In this document: positions 59,986-64,000 of the stretch, one piece after another
Position numbering within the stretch: position 1 is the stretch's first letter
How the letters are laid out: every line of letters starts with the position of its first letter
Source: an uncultured Alphaproteobacteria bacterium
Lineage (GTDB): Bacteria > Pseudomonadota > Alphaproteobacteria > CAAHEQ01 > UBA3637
Length of the DNA stretch: 64,000 bases
Assembly: GCA_944391565.1 (NCBI GenBank)
Contig: CALXUB010000021.1
Coordinates: 15,693-79,692 of the forward strand
Direction: 5' to 3'
The notes under the pieces: model-generated
Seen by the model: the letters and a program-made list of their open reading frames with translations, nothing else
The model's database searches: none
Told to the model about the DNA's origin: nothing
Made by a program: the position numbers and the translations under genes

Positions 59986-60432
59986 TTAAACGCGAACCAG
60001 CTGCGACGGAACGTTCTGAACAGGCCGACGACTTTGAACCACTGTTCTGGGCCGAGTTTGATAAATCTGCACGATGCCCGCGAAAATATAAGCCAGCTGC
60101 CGTTCCATATCCGTCACGGAACATCCCATTTTCTTGGCAGAAGTTTCTTTTTTCAATCGTTTGAAGCTTTTTTCAAAAGCTGGTTCTTTTTCAAACAAGT
60201 CCTTTAAGACATACAAAAAACGCACGCGCCGTTGATACACAACAGAAAAAGCATCCGCGACCACGCCTTTGGACACATAGGGCCCTAAAAAATAAACCTG
60301 AACCGCATGAACTAAATTACGACCATATCCCGGTTCGCTGCGCATCCGACATAACGCCAAAGAAGCCGCAGGCACCAGCGCTGCCGGATCTTTTTTCATA
60401 AAATCAAAAAGCGTTTCCACTTTGTTGGACAT
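59986..60432 (-). CDS. Hypothetical basic protein between rbfA and truB
   Basis: ATG immediately follows the rbfA stop; 148-codon ORF. Confidence 0.6.
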   Translation of the reverse strand: MSNKVETLFDFMKKDPAALVPAASLALCRMRSEPGYGRNLVHAVQVYFLGPYVSKGVVADAFSVVYQRRVRFLYVLKDLFEKEPAFEKSFKRLKKETSAKKMGCSVTDMERQLAYIFAGIVQIYQTRPRTVVQSRRPVQNVPSQLVRV

Positions 60433-60825
60433 TCAATCTTCCTTTTCAATATCGGCTTTGACTTTCGGGTCGTTCAGCAGGGCTTCGATTTTAACGGCTT
60501 CATCAAAAGAAGTATCCTCCCGAAAACGAATATCGGGCGTTATGCGCAAGCGTATTTTTTGCCCGACGGCTTTGCGAAAAACGCCCTTGTTCCGGTTAAG
60601 CGCCTCAATGAGTGTCTGAACGGGTTGCCCGCCGACGGCATGCACATATGCCGTTGCCCAAGAAAAATCCGGGCTCATTTTCACCTCGGTAATCATCACC
60701 AAAGCACCGGCCAAATCGGCGTCATACAAGTCTTGACGCAACAGCACGTCAGACAAAACATGTCGCACTTCTTCACCGACCCGCAACTGTCGTTCCGTCG
60801 GCATTTTCGGTTCGTTTTTGACCAT
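60433..60825 (-). CDS. rbfA: Ribosome-binding factor A
   Basis: RQLRVGEE, TEVKMSPD and LRITPDIRF motifs. Confidence 0.95.
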   Translation of the reverse strand: MVKNEPKMPTERQLRVGEEVRHVLSDVLLRQDLYDADLAGALVMITEVKMSPDFSWATAYVHAVGGQPVQTLIEALNRNKGVFRKAVGQKIRLRITPDIRFREDTSFDEAVKIEALLNDPKVKADIEKED

Positions 60826-60827
60826 TT

Positions 60828-63260
60828 TTACACCCGAATATCCAAGGAAACCGCCACCTGCTCAATTTCAAAGCATTCGATGGTGTCCCCCACTTTTATA
60901 TCATCATAATTTGCAAAGCTCATACCGCATTCAAAGCCGGATTTGACTTCTTTGACATCGTCTTTAAAACGTTTCAGTTGTGATAACTCACCTTCATGAA
61001 TCACCACGTTATCCCGCAGTAATCTGACCTTGGCACCGCGTTTGACCAATCCTTCCGTCACCATACAGCCAGCCACGTTGCCGACTTTTGAAACATGAAT
61101 GACCTGACGCACTTCGGCATAACCCAGGATTTTTTCTTTTTCTTCCGGTGTCAACAAGCCTTCCACGGCTTTTTTCATATCATTGGCGACATCATAAATA
61201 ATCGAATAATATCGAATGTCGACATTGTCACGCTTGGCATTTTCGCGCGCTTGCGGATTAGCCCGCACATTAAAGCCGATAATTGTTGCATTTGATGCCC
61301 GCGCCAACGCCACATCCGTTTCGTTGATACTGCCCACCGCAGCATGCAACACACGAATACGCACTTCATCATTGGCAATCTTGGCCAATGTGCCTTGCAA
61401 CGCTTCCACGGAGCCTTGGACATCGCCTTTAACGATAACCGGGAACTCTTTGGTTTCACCGGCTTTAATCTGGGCAAACATTTGCTCCATCGTCGATCCG
61501 CTGGCGCGTTTAACTGTCATGGCCTCACGCGCTTTGCGTTGACGATACCCGGAAATCTCACGCGCTTTGGCTTCGTCTTCCACAACCGTCAATTCATCTC
61601 CGGCCGCCGGCACACCCTGTAAGCCCACAACTTCAACCGGCGTTGCCGGCAAAGCTTCCTTCACACGCTGACCTTGGTCGTTTAACAATGACCGCACGCG
61701 GCCCCATTCCTGGCCCACGACAAAAATATCGCCGATTTTCAATGTTCCGCGCGACACTAAAACCGTTGCCACCGGACCACGCCCTTTTTCCATCTTGGAT
61801 TCCACAACCACACCTTCGGCCGAACGATTCGGGTTTGCCTTTAAATCCAACACTTCGGCCTGCAACAAAACCGCTTCCACCAGCTTATCCAAATTGGTGC
61901 GTTGTTTGGCCGACACATCCACAGACAAAACATCACCGCCCAAACTTTCCACGACAACCTCGTGATTCAACAGCTCCATTTTCACCTTATCCGGATGAGC
62001 GCCCGGCACGTCAATTTTATTGATGGCAACGACCATCGGCACCCCTGCGGCTTTAGCATGGTTAATGGCTTCAATGGTCTGCGGCATAACACCGTCATTG
62101 GCAGCCACAACCAAAATCACGATATCCGTAATTTTAGCCCCGCGAGCCCGCATCGCCGTAAACGCTTCATGACCCGGCGTATCAATAAACGTCACTTTTT
62201 GCCCGGAAGGCATAGTCACCTGATAGGCGCCGATATGCTGCGTAATTCCGCCGGCTTCTCCGCTGGCGACATGCGTGGAACGCAAAGCGTCCAGCAAAGA
62301 TGTTTTTCCGTGGTCGACATGCCCCATCACCGTCACGACAGGTGCACGCGGCAGTTTATCTTCTTCTTTATCTTCGGCCGTTTTTAAAATATCTTCCACA
62401 TCGGATTCGGCGACACGCGTCACTTTATGTCCCAGTTCTTCCGCCACCAGCTCTGCGGTATCAGCATCAATGGTCTGTGTAATGGTTGCCATCACGCCCA
62501 TGTTCATCAAGGTTTTAACCACAGTCGCAGCACGTTCTGCCATGCGGTTTGCCAACTCTTGCACCGTGATGGTTTCTGGAATCGTCACGTCTCGCATGAT
62601 TTTTTCAGCCGTTTTCAGCGCTTCAGCATGTTTCATTCTTTCTTTTTCGCGCGCCCGGCGAATAGAAGCCAAACTCCGGCCCCGCCGTTGCCCCCATCCG
62701 TCATCGTCATCATCGCTGCCGGTAAAAGCCGCAACATTGATTTTTCCGCCCTTGCGCCGTTCTTCATTGACTTTCGGACGTTTGACGGGCAAAGCCTTGT
62801 CAGGCAGTGTTTTTTTACGAGATTTAAAATCTTCTTCTTCGTCTTCTTCGTCGTATTTCTTTTTATTTTCTTTAGGCTGCGGCTTGATTTCCGTTTCCGG
62901 TTCGGGTGCCGGTGCCGCCTGTTCTTGCATTTCAGTTGCTTCTTGTTCGCGTTTTGCGGCTTCTTCGGCTTCTTCTTTCAAGCGACGCGCTTCTGCTTCG
63001 GCCCGTTCACGCGCCCGCTGTTCTTCCATTTTTTTAGCTTCTTTCAACAGCTGGATTTTATGTGCCTGCTGAGCATCGGCCTGAGCTGCCGTCAAGGGGA
63101 CCGATCCCGGTTGAATCGTCCGTTTTTTCCGCACTTCGACCTGCACCACCTTGGAGGAGGAACCGAAACTTTGACGAATATGTGAACGTTCCAAAGGCCG
63201 CTTCAGTTCCAACTTGCCTCTGTTCAGCGTCAAGGATGTTTTTTTCGTTTCTTCTGTCAT
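60828..63260 (-). CDS. infB: Translation initiation factor IF-2
   Basis: [23 protein letters not shown] and NKID motifs. Confidence 0.99.
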   Translation of the reverse strand: MTEETKKTSLTLNRGKLELKRPLERSHIRQSFGSSSKVVQVEVRKKRTIQPGSVPLTAAQADAQQAHKIQLLKEAKKMEEQRARERAEAEARRLKEEAEEAAKREQEATEMQEQAAPAPEPETEIKPQPKENKKKYDEEDEEEDFKSRKKTLPDKALPVKRPKVNEERRKGGKINVAAFTGSDDDDDGWGQRRGRSLASIRRAREKERMKHAEALKTAEKIMRDVTIPETITVQELANRMAERAATVVKTLMNMGVMATITQTIDADTAELVAEELGHKVTRVAESDVEDILKTAEDKEEDKLPRAPVVTVMGHVDHGKTSLLDALRSTHVASGEAGGITQHIGAYQVTMPSGQKVTFIDTPGHEAFTAMRARGAKITDIVILVVAANDGVMPQTIEAINHAKAAGVPMVVAINKIDVPGAHPDKVKMELLNHEVVVESLGGDVLSVDVSAKQRTNLDKLVEAVLLQAEVLDLKANPNRSAEGVVVESKMEKGRGPVATVLVSRGTLKIGDIFVVGQEWGRVRSLLNDQGQRVKEALPATPVEVVGLQGVPAAGDELTVVEDEAKAREISGYRQRKAREAMTVKRASGSTMEQMFAQIKAGETKEFPVIVKGDVQGSVEALQGTLAKIANDEVRIRVLHAAVGSINETDVALARASNATIIGFNVRANPQARENAKRDNVDIRYYSIIYDVANDMKKAVEGLLTPEEKEKILGYAEVRQVIHVSKVGNVAGCMVTEGLVKRGAKVRLLRDNVVIHEGELSQLKRFKDDVKEVKSGFECGMSFANYDDIKVGDTIECFEIEQVAVSLDIRV

Positions 63261-63880
63261 TCTTTGTTTTCCTCTATATCTTGATAGGCGCGCCAGCGCA
63301 GCACCTCATTTTTAAAAGTTTCCGCCAGTTTACACTTTTTTATTCCCAAATGCACGCAAAAATCGCGTCCGAGTGCCAAATCCAGTTCTTCGGTCGTGAA
63401 ATCATCAACCTGAAAAGCCGCCGAAAACGCATCCGTCAAGCGTTTTTTTTCAGCCGCCGAACCGTCCTTGGCCTGAACAATAACGGCAAGAGGCGCCTGA
63501 TGCGCCGCTTCTTTGACTTTTTCAAAACCGACAACCAGACAACCCGCTTTTTTAGCCAACCCCAGCAAATCCAAACAGCGTTTTTTTAACAACTCTTCCA
63601 CATGATCGGCAAAGCCGTCGGGTACTTTTACAGGGGCATGCAGCGCTTTTCGAAAAGACCCGTGCGCAATGGCTTCTTCCAACACCCGGCGTGATGCAGA
63701 CAGCCAAATCCCGCGGCCGCCCAATTTTTCCGTCAAGTCCGGATAAATCAGCTTATCCGGCCCTTCCGCAAAACGAATCAGACAAGAACGATCCGCCGGC
63801 GCGCCGGTGATAAAACACCGACGCTGCCCCGGTTCAGCCTTCAGCTGAGCAATGTTATTTTTGCGTCTCGTCCGTGTCAA
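63257..63880 (-). CDS. YlxR/DUF448 RNA-binding protein fused to an L7Ae-like domain
   Basis: RRCFITG, LIRF, GGRGIW and LGLAKKAG; lies between nusA and infB. Confidence 0.88.
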   Translation of the reverse strand: MTRTRRKNNIAQLKAEPGQRRCFITGAPADRSCLIRFAEGPDKLIYPDLTEKLGGRGIWLSASRRVLEEAIAHGSFRKALHAPVKVPDGFADHVEELLKKRCLDLLGLAKKAGCLVVGFEKVKEAAHQAPLAVIVQAKDGSAAEKKRLTDAFSAAFQVDDFTTEELDLALGRDFCVHLGIKKCKLAETFKNEVLRWRAYQDIEENKE

Positions 63881-64000
63881 ACCAATGCTCCCGCGCTTTC
63901 ATAATCAGCGCATTTGCCGTTTCTTCGTCGACGGATGCTTTGCCCAAAATATCAATCAACTCATCCGAAGACAAGTCCGCAAAATCATCCAGCGTCTTGA
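63855..64000 (-). CDS. nusA: Transcription factor NusA, 3' end (partial)
   Basis: …TLDDFADLSSDEL…[10 protein letters not shown] is the typical NusA C-terminus; operon context agrees. Confidence 0.85.
   Translation of the reverse strand, partial: KTLDDFADLSSDELIDILGKASVDEETANALIMKAREHWFDTDETQK

Overview
Bacterial chromosomal window, most likely from an Alphaproteobacterium. This is inferred from the rpmE-suhB-efp/epmA order, the nusA-ylxR-infB-rbfA-truB-rpsO-pnp operon and a Rhodospirillales-type flagellar gene order. Firmicutes-like metabolic genes, ankyrins and many orphan genes suggest a host- or gut-associated uncultured lineage. Housekeeping blocks occupy both ends, and transport operons (Mla/Pqi, a broken RND system, MarR-MacAB-TolC) lie in the middle. 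An AT-rich accessory region (about 39.1-52.7 kb) abuts the 3' end of tRNA-Gln(UUG). The strongest candidates for something new are: (1) a stripped-down flagellar motor operon (FliF lacking its export-gate domains, FliG, FliN, MotA, FlhF, FlhG; no FliH, FlbD or FlhA) that runs directly into a pilin-leader/Cys-rich/Hedgehog-like Hint protein and an NDK-like gene; (2) an island operon of unrelated proteins (uridine-kinase-like, CYTH, ankyrin) sharing a C-terminal A-x-H-K...N-I tail that may be a targeting tag; (3) a palindromic element interrupting the T-loop of two different tRNA-derived copies at the same position, next to an integrase-less repeat/cassette array at tRNA-Gln. Also seen are a split ComDE-like decarboxylase + methyltransferase + atypical radical SAM cluster, a poly-C frameshifted pilin-like gene and a bistable leader RNA. 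All assignments come from reading motifs by eye; no database searches were run.
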